From an uncultured Rivularia sp. (GTDB lineage: Bacteria; Cyanobacteriota; Cyanobacteriia; Cyanobacteriales; Nostocaceae), in the NCBI GenBank assembly GCA_963665115.1, contig OY762007.1, positions 3,872,001 to 3,936,000 on the forward strand: a stretch of 64,000 nt of DNA. Reading direction: 5' to 3'. Positions 1 through 9,811 of this stretch are shown here, piece after piece. The notes under the pieces were generated by a model, which worked only from the letters and a program-made list of their open reading frames with translations, ran no database searches and was not told the origin of the DNA. A program made the translations under genes and the position numbers. Position 1 is the stretch's first letter; each line of letters opens with the position of its first letter.

Positions 1-2
1 GA

Positions 3-1418
3 ATTGATATCGTTACTACCGATATTAGTCGTCCTTTAAGAGAAACCGATGCCGTAGTTGTAGAAGTAAATGCAGCGCCGGGATTCCGGATGCACGTTGC
101 TCCCTCTCAAGGGATTGCCCGCAATGTTGCTGGGGCTGTAATAGATATGCTGTTCCCTGCCGATAAAACGACTCGCGTCCCCATTCTCAGCGTTACCGGC
201 ACCAACGGTAAAACAACTACTACTAGATTACTTGCCCATATTTTCAAGCAGACTAATAAAGTCATTGGATATACAACTACAGATGGAACCTATATCGGAG
301 AATACTTAGTAGAATCTGGAGATAACACCGGACCGCAAAGCGCTCAGTTGATATTGCAAGATCCGACGGTAGAAGTTGCCGTGTTAGAAACAGCACGGGG
401 AGGTATTCTGCGTTCGGGATTAGCTTTTGAAGCATCGAATGTAGGTGTAGTGCTTAATGTTGCTGCCGACCATTTAGGATTGGGTGATATTGATACCATC
501 GATCAGCTGTCACATTTGAAGAGTGTGGTTGCTGAAGCAGTTTATCCCGATGGCTATGCGGTATTAAATGCCGACGATGCAAGAGTTGCTGCAATGGCTG
601 AAAGGACAAAGGCGAATATTGCTTACTTCACCATGAATCCGGAATCGGAATTAGTCAAAGGACATATTGAAAAAGGTGGAGTAGCGGCGATTTACGAAAA
701 CGGCTTTTTGTCGATTTTTAAAGGGGATTGGACTCACCGTATAGAAAAAGTGGAGAATATTCCTTTGACAATGGGCGGGCGTGCCCCGTTTATGATTGCT
801 AACGCTTTAGCGGCATCTTTAGCGGCTTTCGTGCAAAACGTTTCTATAGAAGAAATTCGGGCTGGTTTAAATACCTTCCGGGCTTCGGTGAATCAAACAC
901 CGGGACGGATGAATTTATTTAATTTGGGTAAACATCACGCTTTAATCGATTATGCTCACAATCCAGCCTCCTACGAAGCATTAGGTGGATTCGTGCGTAA
1001 TTGGACATCTGGGCAGCGAGTTGGTGTAGTTGGTGGCCCTGGCGATCGCCGCGACGAAGATTTTGTAATGTTGGGTAAACTAGCTTCTGAAATCTTCGAC
1101 TGCATCATTATTAAGGAAGATGATGACACCAGAGGAAGAAAGCGGGGTTCTGCTGCCGAGTTAATTACTCAAGGTATTAGGGAAGTAAATCCGAACTGTT
1201 TGCATGAAACGGTTTTGGATGAAACTGAAGCCATTAATAAAGCTTTAGATTTAGCTACCGATGACAGTTTGGTGGTTATTTTACCAGAAAGCGTCAGTCG
1301 TGCCATTAAGTTAATTAAAGCTAGGGGTGTAATCGAGGAAGAATCCCCAAAGTTTGATAGCGCAACTCCAAAAGATAAAGAAGTCGGAGTTCCGTCTTCG
1401 GTGTTAAATTCCTTGTGA
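3..1418 (+). CDS. cphA: Cyanophycin synthetase, 3' part (5' end outside window)
   Basis: Frame is open from base 3 (IDIVTTDISRPL...VVEVNAAPGFRMH, end of ATP-grasp domain). Mur-ligase-like region follows with VTGTNGKTTT, ETARGG and DYAHNP. Confidence 0.95.
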   Translation: MDIVTTDISRPLRETDAVVVEVNAAPGFRMHVAPSQGIARNVAGAVIDMLFPADKTTRVPILSVTGTNGKTTTTRLLAHIFKQTNKVIGYTTTDGTYIGEYLVESGDNTGPQSAQLILQDPTVEVAVLETARGGILRSGLAFEASNVGVVLNVAADHLGLGDIDTIDQLSHLKSVVAEAVYPDGYAVLNADDARVAAMAERTKANIAYFTMNPESELVKGHIEKGGVAAIYENGFLSIFKGDWTHRIEKVENIPLTMGGRAPFMIANALAASLAAFVQNVSIEEIRAGLNTFRASVNQTPGRMNLFNLGKHHALIDYAHNPASYEALGGFVRNWTSGQRVGVVGGPGDRRDEDFVMLGKLASEIFDCIIIKEDDDTRGRKRGSAAELITQGIREVNPNCLHETVLDETEAINKALDLATDDSLVVILPESVSRAIKLIKARGVIEEESPKFDSATPKDKEVGVPSSVLNSL

Positions 1419-1491
1419 AGGGAAGATGAGTAAAGAGTTATAGATTGCGTTTAACGGCTTTAATTTATAACTTTTTACCCATCACACACAT

Positions 1492-1677
1492 TTATCGATA
1501 TTCTTGCTCGTTTTCATTTTCATTCTCCGAATCATCGTCATTATTTTTAAGTTCTTCCTTAAAGCCCCGGAGAGTTTTTCCCAAAGCGCTTCCTAACTCG
1601 GGAATTTTTTTTGGTCCAAAAATTAAAATTGCCACAACCCCAATCACAGCCATTTCCGGAAAACCCAATCCAAACAT
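1492..1677 (-). CDS. tatA: Twin-arginine translocase TatA/TatE subunit
   Basis: MFGLGFPE, TM helix, FGPKKIPELG..LGKTLRGFK and an acidic tail. Confidence 0.93.
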   Translation of the reverse strand: MFGLGFPEMAVIGVVAILIFGPKKIPELGSALGKTLRGFKEELKNNDDDSENENENEQEYR

Positions 1678-1739
1678 AGCGCCTCTTTAAATAAAAATTC
1701 TTATATATATAGTAGAGCGCAATTGTTTTAATTTTAAAT

Positions 1740-2690
1740 TTATGTGTGTAGTGAAATCCCAATTAATTGATGCTTTATCAAGAATTTTTTGATAGTGGTA
1801 TAAATTTGTTGTTTTTGTTGGTTGCTAAAACCACCGTGTGCGGCTCCTCTAACGCTGTAGAGTTGATTTGAAACGCCAACTTTATCAAGTTTTTCATGCA
1901 ATCTAACTGCATGAGCATAAGGAACAAAAGTATCTTTGTCACCATGTATAGTTAAAATTGGTGGTAAATCGGAACGAACATAATTGACTGGAGAAACCGT
2001 TTTCGCTAATTCAATTTCTGCATCGGTTATCTTATTTCCCAACCATTCGACTGCATAATACTTCTCGTTAGCGCCTGCAATCAAATCCGCAACATCTGTA
2101 ATTCCCGACCAATTTATAATAGCGGCAACTTGATTTTTTTTATTATCTAAATTATTACCGGGACATTGTTGATCAAATCCGGCTTCAGAAGACATGATTC
2201 CTGTAGTTAAAGACAAATGTCCCCCAGCAGAAAATCCAGTTGTAATAATTTTACTCGTATCAAAATTATATTTTTGTGCGTTGTTAATTACCCAAGCCAA
2301 AGCACAGCGAGAGTCTTCCACGGCGGCTGGAGCCAGAGCAGTACTTGCCAATCGATAATTGATATTTATTACAGAAAAACCCCAATTTAAATAAGGATCG
2401 AAAAAAGGTTTTAACCCTTCTTTTGATTGTTTTATCCAACCTCCTCCATGAATATTTATCAATATTGGGTGTAAACCGGGATTTTCGTTTTGATAAAGAT
2501 CGAGTTTTAATTGAGAGTTATTAACTTTGTGATAAACAATGTTGCGAGAAAGTTGATAATTTGCTTGATTACCTATTTTTGCAGATGTGCTACTGCTATT
2601 GTCGAAATATTTACCAGATACAATTGTTGCGATTAAGATTAAACCTATCGTAACGAATGGAAACAATCGAAAGAAGATTTTTTTCGACAT
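1740..2690 (-). CDS. Secreted or membrane-anchored alpha/beta hydrolase (esterase, HSL/BD-FAE-like)
   Basis: N-terminal hydrophobic segment, HGGGW oxyanion motif, GFSAGG nucleophile elbow, HGDKD and AAHGG. Confidence 0.88.
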   Translation of the reverse strand: MSKKIFFRLFPFVTIGLILIATIVSGKYFDNSSSTSAKIGNQANYQLSRNIVYHKVNNSQLKLDLYQNENPGLHPILINIHGGGWIKQSKEGLKPFFDPYLNWGFSVININYRLASTALAPAAVEDSRCALAWVINNAQKYNFDTSKIITTGFSAGGHLSLTTGIMSSEAGFDQQCPGNNLDNKKNQVAAIINWSGITDVADLIAGANEKYYAVEWLGNKITDAEIELAKTVSPVNYVRSDLPPILTIHGDKDTFVPYAHAVRLHEKLDKVGVSNQLYSVRGAAHGGFSNQQKQQIYTTIKKFLIKHQLIGISLHT

Positions 2691-2831
2691 TTTATTTAAA
2701 TAGCTATTTTATAATTGATGGTTATAGGCGTACATAGTATACTAAAAATTTGAATTAAAAGCTTGAAATCCTCACTATACTTAAAAAAATTAGCGTTATC
2801 AATTAATTTTCGCCATAAAGAATTACTTTTA

Positions 2832-2872
2832 TCCCTATTCCCTATTCCCTATTCCCTATTCCCTATTCCCTA
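2832..2872. repeat. STRR (CCCTATT)n, representative of many short intergenic tandem arrays
   Basis: Similar arrays at about 6030-6165, 7150-7205, 9702-9810, 11370-11500, 12940-13003, 16865-17000, 22040-22170, 33020-33070, 52538-52580, 53723-53755 and 53918-53960. Confidence 0.9.
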
Positions 2873-3424
2873 TTGATCAGATATAACTTCTTCTTGAGAC
2901 TCTAATTTTTTTTGAAGCTGCAAAACGTCATCTTCAATCATCTTATTAATTACAACATCGGCAATAATATTTGCACCATGTTGAGTAAAGTGTATTCCAT
3001 CTCTAGTTCTAACCTGCCTTTTCTTGCCCGATTTATTGGCAACTACGGCGTTAAATTTACCGTTGTTAGCAAACACATCCCAAGAGTCAATAAATTCGAT
3101 TTTTGGGTAAGACTTGGCTACTTGTTGATAGATTTTGTTGAAAATAGGAAAAAATTTATTATATCTTGGTAAATTAGACATTGGATGACCAACCCAATAA
3201 ACTTTTTTTACAGAAGATTCTTGGATTAATTTAGCATATCTTTGCACGCGCTCTTGATAGGCTTTTTCCCATTCCGGTGTTAATTCGCCTCTATAAACGC
3301 CATTTTTATCTAAAATATCTTGATCGTCATTACCACCAAAAATCACCACCATTACTTCTGGATTATATTTCGAGATGATTTGTGGAGTTCTTTTATACCA
3401 GTCATAGAAATCAATTCGATTTAA
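2870..3424 (-). pseudogene. 5'-truncated SGNH/GDSL hydrolase (DUF459-like O-acetyltransferase partner)
   Basis: The frame extends upstream of the ORF as LNRIDFYDWYKRTPQIISKYNPEV-MVVIFGGND and has a DGIH block V. The N-terminal GDS block is absent. Confidence 0.7.
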
Positions 3425-3560
3425 TTTGCAAGAATTTTATAGCATTATTGTAATTAGCTGGATTAAAAAAGATCCAACATATCGTTATAAAAGTAAAAGT
3501 AATTGTTCTCGATAAAAATAATGGAATATAAAATTTTAACCAAAATTATAAATGCTTAAA
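3425..3560 (-). pseudogene. Internal fragment of an MBOAT (AlgI/DltB-like) O-acyltransferase
   Basis: Manual translation gives KHL*FWLKFYIPLFLSRTITFTFITICWIFFNPANYNNAIKFLQ, resembling the MBOAT 'LTF..V...WIFFR' helix. It has an in-frame stop and no start. Confidence 0.55.
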
Positions 3561-3796
3561 AATATTTTTACCTAAAGTGTCTTCCCTTCTAATAAAAGTA
3601 ATAGCATGAGTCTTGTGTTTTCGTTTTTCGGCTTTTGTTGTCAATTGAATCTGTTTAGAAACATCTTTCAAAATATATACATGATCTGCCTAATTGATAC
3701 GCACAAAAATCTGATATTTATTATTTTTAAAGAGAATAAAAATACAGGTGTAGAAATTTAATTTGCTCAGCAATTTTATTCAGAATCTCAAAACAA

Positions 3797-5302
3797 CTAC
3801 TCCAAAGTAACGGGCAAATTCAACCAGTCACTCAACTCCGAAGCCAACCATTTAAGTTCGGATTCATTGGCGATCGCACCACCATCTTGAAGTTTATATT
3901 TGCGTACACCAGTACTAATAACTAATTGAGCAAAAACTTCTGTTTTTTCACCGTCAGAGTTTTTGACAAAGTGTCTGGGAATATAAGTTAACTTATTAAC
4001 ATCTTTTTTATAAGATGAACCCGGACGTTGAAAACCAAACCCTAATATCTCGTAAAATTTAGTAATCCGCTCTTTACTCAAACACAATCGCACCTTTCCA
4101 AATAGTGAAAAGATGAAACTATAGGTTAAAAATAATCCAGATCCCCAAAAAGGTAGAGAAAGAGCGGCAAACAGTAAATTGATCGGAAAAGTGCTGCTAC
4201 TAAAAGCACCAATAGTCCATATAATGGTGAGTGCATTCCAAGCAGCCGCAAATAAACCCAAAAATATCAAAGATGGCTGAAAACCTATTGGTGGAATCAA
4301 TATTTCTAAATTATCTTCGTCTTTAGCAAGCGTAACTTTGCTTCCAGATGGTTTGGTAAGTTTGAGTGAATTAGATTTGAATTTGTGCTGAAATTGATTT
4401 ACTAATAAGTGCCGATCTTTGGAAATCCAGTTTTTACCATCCCAATACCAATCACCTTTAATAATTTGAGAAAATGAATTAGAAAAGTAATTTTTATTTA
4501 GTTTTAGCTGTTGTATAAATGCCTTTGCTTCCGAAGCAGATTTGATTCTAGTTTCTATTGGTTCGGTAGTAGCTCTCAACCACTGAGTAAATTCAGCACT
4601 CAAACTGGTTAAATCTTCAAACTGAATGCGTCCATCACGAATGGGTAAATCTGCCGGATGGCTACCCGTTACCAAATAAATTAAAGTTGCACCCAAACTG
4701 TAAATATCCGAAGCCGGTACCGTGCGATCGCCAAACTGTTCGAGGGGCATATATCCATAAGTTCCCACTACAGTACGGGTACCAAATTCTTGAACAACGG
4801 CGTTTTGTACCGAACCAAAATCAATTAAATAAACATCTCCAACATGATTTCCGGTTCTATCTGCCAACAAAATATTACTGGGTTTGATATCGCGATGAAT
4901 AACTGGTGGGGAAAGAGAATGTAGATAAACTAAGATATCTAAAAGCTTTGTAGCTATTTGCTTTACTTCTGATTCCGTAAAAATACGTCCAGATTTTATA
5001 TATTGTTCTAAAGTTTGTGTGGGGATATAAGTTTGTACTAAAGCAAATCCCTTCATGGGTGTTTCGACTTCAAAATAATCTATATAGCCCGGAATTGAGG
5101 GATGTGATAATTTTTTTAACGTCTGGGCTTCCCGCTCAAATAACTTAAGATCGTCCCATTCAAAATCGTCCTTAAAAGACAGGAACTTAACTACAACCAG
5201 TTCGAGGGAGTGTAAATCGCGAACCTTGAAAGTTCTTCGTCCAGCCTTCTTTCCTAATTGAGAAAGTACTTTATAGCGATTATTCAATATTTTACCAATC
5301 AT
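3797..5302 (-). CDS. Hanks-type Ser/Thr protein kinase with two C-terminal TM helices
   Basis: VVVK, HRDIKPSN, DFG and GTYGYMPLEQ motifs, plus hydrophobic helices near the C-terminus. Confidence 0.93.
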   Translation of the reverse strand: MIGKILNNRYKVLSQLGKKAGRRTFKVRDLHSLELVVVKFLSFKDDFEWDDLKLFEREAQTLKKLSHPSIPGYIDYFEVETPMKGFALVQTYIPTQTLEQYIKSGRIFTESEVKQIATKLLDILVYLHSLSPPVIHRDIKPSNILLADRTGNHVGDVYLIDFGSVQNAVVQEFGTRTVVGTYGYMPLEQFGDRTVPASDIYSLGATLIYLVTGSHPADLPIRDGRIQFEDLTSLSAEFTQWLRATTEPIETRIKSASEAKAFIQQLKLNKNYFSNSFSQIIKGDWYWDGKNWISKDRHLLVNQFQHKFKSNSLKLTKPSGSKVTLAKDEDNLEILIPPIGFQPSLIFLGLFAAAWNALTIIWTIGAFSSSTFPINLLFAALSLPFWGSGLFLTYSFIFSLFGKVRLCLSKERITKFYEILGFGFQRPGSSYKKDVNKLTYIPRHFVKNSDGEKTEVFAQLVISTGVRKYKLQDGGAIANESELKWLASELSDWLNLPVTLE

Positions 5303-5416
5303 TTTGACGCACCCCGCCGAAGAATTAATATTTATTTTTATGCGCTATAGACGGCTGAAACAGTTTTAGGTTTTGCGACCTTAAACAAATAATTATATCT
5401 AACTAACATTATTATT

Positions 5417-6019
5417 ATGACTAATAAGCTGTGGCCTTATGTTACTCCAGGGATTCCAGATGAATTATTTGAGCGTTTACCAGGAATTCCCATGAGTAAG
5501 CGAGAAATCCGACTATTATTAATTTCCCAGCTACGATTGCAACCCAATGACGTACTATGGGATATTGGTGCGGGTACGGGTACTATCGCTATCGAAGTGG
5601 GATTATTATGTCCCCAAGGAAGGATTATCGCCGTTGAAAGAGATGAAGAAGTAGCCAACTTAATTCGTCATAACTGCGAGCGGTTTGAAGTCAAAAACGT
5701 AGAAGTGATTGAAGGTAGCGCTCCAGAATGCTTGCACCATATTCAAGATACACCTCAACGGGTTTGTATTGAAGGGGGTCGTCTTGTCGCAGAAATCTTA
5801 CAAGCAGTTTGGAAGTACTTGCCCTCAAACGGTCGAGTCGTAGCAACAGCTGCTAACCTAGAAAGTCTGTATGCTGTTTCCCAAAGCTTCGCGACTTTAC
5901 AAGCAAGAAACGTTGAAGTTGTTCAATCTGCCGTGAATCGCCTGGAAACGCGGGGCTTTAACCGAACCTTCAAAGCCGTAGACCCCATTTTTATTCTCAG
6001 CGGCGAAAAGTTGGACTGA
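5417..6019 (+). CDS. cbiT: Precorrin-6Y C5,15-methyltransferase (decarboxylating), CbiT subunit
   Basis: PGIPDELF..PMSKREIR and the SAM motif WDIGAGTG. Confidence 0.92.
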   Translation: MTNKLWPYVTPGIPDELFERLPGIPMSKREIRLLLISQLRLQPNDVLWDIGAGTGTIAIEVGLLCPQGRIIAVERDEEVANLIRHNCERFEVKNVEVIEGSAPECLHHIQDTPQRVCIEGGRLVAEILQAVWKYLPSNGRVVATAANLESLYAVSQSFATLQARNVEVVQSAVNRLETRGFNRTFKAVDPIFILSGEKLD

Positions 6020-6167
6020 CGGGGGATGGGGAGACAAGGGGACAAGGGGACAAGGGGAAGAATAACTAACTCACTACTTACTAATCTTTACTCCTAACTC
6101 CTAACTATTTCCAATCCCCAATTCCCAATGCTCAATCTAAAATATAAAATCTAAAATCCAAAATTCT

Positions 6168-7052
6168 ATGTCTTTGTCTCGGATTCTAAGTGGAATTATT
6201 GCGATCGCCTTAGCTTTGGGTGGCACTCTTTTGGGAGGATGGTATTTTACTTTTTTCTATGTAATCATCATCTTTCTAGGGCAACGAGAATATTTTAATT
6301 TAGTACGAGCCAAAGGTATAGCTCCGGCAGGTAAAATTACAATGGTTGTCAGTCAAGTTTTGCTGGCAATTTGTACCTTCGATAGCAACTTAGCTGATGC
6401 AGTAATGCCATTAGCTGGAACATTTATTTGTTTTTACCTGCTATTTCAGCCGAAAATGGCATCTATCGCCGATATTTCCGCTTCAATTCTCGGCTTGTTC
6501 TACACCGGATATTTGCCCAGCTATTGGGTGCGATTGCGAGCAATTGATACTGCTGGCTTCAGCAATTTACCCTTGGGAGGTTACTTCCCACCTTCGATTA
6601 CAGCATTTATAGGTAGAGACAACTTTTCAGCTTTACCTTTAGGATTGGGTGCCACTTTACTGACTTTTATGTGTATATGGGCAGCCGATATTGGCGCTTA
6701 TTTTGTTGGCAAATATTTTGGTAAAACACCTCTATCGGGTATAAGCCCAAAGAAAACCGTAGAGGGAGCAATTTTTGGGATTACTGCAAGTATTGCTGTC
6801 GGAATTGCAGTTGCTTACTACATCAATTTACCAGATTTTTATCTTACAGGAGCCGCACTAGGTTCGCTAATTGGTATAGCCAGTCTTTTAGGTGACTTAA
6901 CCGAATCCATGCTCAAACGCGATGCAGGAGTAAAAGATTCCGGAGATATAATACCCGGGCACGGAGGAATTTTAGACCGTACCGACAGTTATATTTTTAC
7001 CGCACCGTTGGTTTATTACTTTATCACTCTGTTGTTGCCATTGCTTAATTGA
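6168..7052 (+). CDS. cdsA: Phosphatidate cytidylyltransferase
   Basis: ISPKKTVEG and KRDAGVKDSG.IIPGHGGILDR.DS signature in a polytopic membrane protein. Confidence 0.96.
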   Translation: MSLSRILSGIIAIALALGGTLLGGWYFTFFYVIIIFLGQREYFNLVRAKGIAPAGKITMVVSQVLLAICTFDSNLADAVMPLAGTFICFYLLFQPKMASIADISASILGLFYTGYLPSYWVRLRAIDTAGFSNLPLGGYFPPSITAFIGRDNFSALPLGLGATLLTFMCIWAADIGAYFVGKYFGKTPLSGISPKKTVEGAIFGITASIAVGIAVAYYINLPDFYLTGAALGSLIGIASLLGDLTESMLKRDAGVKDSGDIIPGHGGILDRTDSYIFTAPLVYYFITLLLPLLN

Positions 7053-7266
7053 AGAGACAAGGAGGCAAGGAGATGGGGAGAGAGCTAAGCAATTAGGAGT
7101 TATAAAACATCCGTAGTGGGAGCATCTTGCTCCCTTTTTCTTTTAAACCCTCAATCCCCCAATACCCAATCCCCAATTCCCCCATACCCAATCCCCAATT
7201 CCCAACAAAATAAAATATCGTTAAAAATAAATAATTTTTCACGCCATATAATCCACTGCTCGCTTA

Positions 7267-8001
7267 TCATGGATTTACATTAATCATTCCTCGACAAATA
7301 ATTTTTCCAGGGATCAATTGTAGGTCTTGAATTTCTACGTCTGGTCCCAAGTCAAGATATTCGCCATCGCTATTTTCAAGCAGGGTTTTTGTATTGCTTG
7401 TAACAAAAATGGGTGCGATGCGTAACTCGTGGGGGCTGAGTAAGTTTAATCCTATACAAATATCTAAAGGTTCATAATTATTGTCCTTATGGATGGTGAC
7501 GCTTATTACAAGACAATTGTCTTTAATTTGCACCTGTTGCCAACTATTTGATTTGGAATTTGGTCGCAATTCTGGTAAAAGTTTAATCAGAATATCATTT
7601 AAAGCAGTTGATAATAATGTACTAGACAAAGAAGCTGATAAGTCTTCTTCAAGTTGACTCAATTCGCCAAAAACTGGTACTTTTTCTAACAATCGTAGCT
7701 GTTGTCCTTTGAGAACAGAACCGATATTAATGCGAATATTTTTTGCAACTAAATCAACAAACGATAAATGCAGACCTTGATAAACAGCACTTTTAGCAAC
7801 AATTGATACACTGGGTATGCATCCAGAAATAAGCTGGCGATCGCCAGCCTGAATATCAAGTTGAAGTTGCTCTAGATCGCTGACTTGTGTTCTTAACCAC
7901 AATTTAATTGCTTTGGCCAGGACATTTGTAATTAATCTAAATTTATTTTTTTTTAGCATTTGAGAGTTATAAATGTAGTGGGGGTAAGTGCAAAGCAACA
8001 A
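7267..8001 (-). CDS. DUF2993/LmeA-like cyanobacterial protein (true start probably ATG near 7959)
   Basis: KLWLRTQV...G.IP.V.I.A..AVYQGL pattern typical of DUF2993. Confidence 0.75.
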   Translation of the reverse strand: MLLCTYPHYIYNSQMLKKNKFRLITNVLAKAIKLWLRTQVSDLEQLQLDIQAGDRQLISGCIPSVSIVAKSAVYQGLHLSFVDLVAKNIRINIGSVLKGQQLRLLEKVPVFGELSQLEEDLSASLSSTLLSTALNDILIKLLPELRPNSKSNSWQQVQIKDNCLVISVTIHKDNNYEPLDICIGLNLLSPHELRIAPIFVTSNTKTLLENSDGEYLDLGPDVEIQDLQLIPGKIICRGMINVNP

Positions 8002-8105
8002 GCAAAGAAATAAATACTAACTGTATCAAAACAGCTTTTCATTTACAAAACATCAATACTATATTCTTACTTAGATATGAACTGATGGGATATCAGTAAA
8101 AATAC

Positions 8106-8891
8106 ATGGGGGTTCGGTTACAAAAAATTATTTCACAATGGGGTATTGCCTCACGTCGTCAAGCAGAAGAATTGATTAAGCTTGAGCGGGTAAGGGTAAA
8201 TGGTGTATTGGCGCACTTAGGGCAGAAAGTAAATCCTGAAACGGACACTATTACCGTTGATGGGAAAAACATTTCTGAAAACAAGCGTCCGACTTCTATT
8301 TATTTGTTAATTAATAAACCACCAGGGGTCGTTTCTACCTGTTACGATCCTCACGCAAGACCAACAGTATTAGATTTGTTACCAGAAGACTTACGTTCTG
8401 GTAAGGGCATTCACCCAGTTGGTCGTTTAGATGCAGACTCTACGGGAGCATTGATATTAACAAATGATGGGGATCTGACATTTAAGCTGACACATCCCCG
8501 CCATAACATCAAGAAGACTTATCGCGTTTTGGTTAAAGGGCATCCACCAGAAGAAATGCTACAGATGTGGCGGAAGGGTGTTTTTTTAGACAAAAGAAAA
8601 ACGCGAGCGGCAATTGTGCGGTTAGTAGAAAGAACAGCCCGAGAAAGCTGTTTAGAAATAGTTCTCAAGGAAGGAAGAAACCGCCAAATTCGCCGTGTAG
8701 CCGAACAACTCGGTTATCCGGTAATTCAGCTGCATCGTACCGCGATTGGTTCTATAAAACTAGAATTACCTAAAAAAGAATCCAAAAAAGAATATTTATC
8801 ATCAGGTAGTTTTCGCTACCTAACAGAGGATGAAATTCTCTATTTGAACAAACAGTTGCAGGAAATTCCTATTAATGATTCAGCTGGCTGA
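8106..8891 (+). CDS. rRNA pseudouridine synthase, RsuA/RluB family
   Basis: S4 domain (RLQKIISQWGIASRR), catalytic PVGRLD and EGRNRQIRR. Confidence 0.93.
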   Translation: MGVRLQKIISQWGIASRRQAEELIKLERVRVNGVLAHLGQKVNPETDTITVDGKNISENKRPTSIYLLINKPPGVVSTCYDPHARPTVLDLLPEDLRSGKGIHPVGRLDADSTGALILTNDGDLTFKLTHPRHNIKKTYRVLVKGHPPEEMLQMWRKGVFLDKRKTRAAIVRLVERTARESCLEIVLKEGRNRQIRRVAEQLGYPVIQLHRTAIGSIKLELPKKESKKEYLSSGSFRYLTEDEILYLNKQLQEIPINDSAG

Positions 8892-8907
8892 AGGAGCGCA
8901 GAAAAAG

Positions 8908-9702
8908 ATGAAGTGGTTTAAAAGGAAGGATGTAGAAAAAGTAACTCCCACAACTTCTATAGAAGAACAAAGAGCCGAGAAGTTGGCACAAATGGGGGCA
9001 CAACTAAAAGCTACACGCGAACAGCATGGCTTTACGGTGGAAGACGTGGTTTCCTACACCAAAATTCCCCGACGACAGGTAGTAGGTATAGAAGAAGGTA
9101 ACTTTGAACATTTACCAGAACCAGTTTACATTCAGGGTTTAATCAGACAGTATGCCCATGCAATAGGCTACAACGGAGCCGAATTTGCCAGTACATTTCC
9201 TATAGGTACGAGCAGAGTAGTTCTCAAACCAGTTTGGAAAAATCCTTCATTCTTTAAACTGCGTCCCATTCATTTTTATTTATTATATGTACTGTTAACT
9301 GCGGGTTCTGTGAGTGGTTTATCAGCTTGGTTGAATGGTTCAACAATCATTGGCAGCGAGAATAAACCTGCTGTGAAGTCAAATAATATTGCCTCTGAAA
9401 AGAAACCTAATCCAAGCAAACCACAATCAGAAATTCAAACTAACAGCTTTTCTCAAAATCAAAAAGAAGTTCAAGTTGGAGTCACTTTAAAAGAATCATC
9501 TTGGATTCAGGTAATAGCCGATGGTAAAACCACTTTCGAGGGAACCTTAGAAGAAGGAAGCAAACGTACCTGGACAGCACACAAGGAACTTACTGTCAAG
9601 GCAGGAAACGCTGGAGGAGTTTTAGTCAGCGTCAATCAACAAGAAGCCAAAAAAATGGGTCAACCTGGAAAAGTTGAACAGCTTCGAGTAGCTTTGAATT
9701 AA
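8908..9702 (+). CDS. rodZ: RodZ-like HTH protein with TM helix and DUF4115 domain
   Basis: IEEG...LPEPVYIQGLIRQYA and GNAGGV motifs. ATG at 8908 is preceded by AAGGAG (ORF track start 8875). Confidence 0.8.
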   Translation: MKWFKRKDVEKVTPTTSIEEQRAEKLAQMGAQLKATREQHGFTVEDVVSYTKIPRRQVVGIEEGNFEHLPEPVYIQGLIRQYAHAIGYNGAEFASTFPIGTSRVVLKPVWKNPSFFKLRPIHFYLLYVLLTAGSVSGLSAWLNGSTIIGSENKPAVKSNNIASEKKPNPSKPQSEIQTNSFSQNQKEVQVGVTLKESSWIQVIADGKTTFEGTLEEGSKRTWTAHKELTVKAGNAGGVLVSVNQQEAKKMGQPGKVEQLRVALN

Positions 9703-9811
9703 GTTAGGAGTTAGGAGTTAGGAATTAGGAGTTAGGAGTTAACAGTTATGAACTAGTAATTCTACCCCCTCTTCCCACTCTTCCCCCTCTTCCCCCTCTC
9801 TCCCCATCTTC

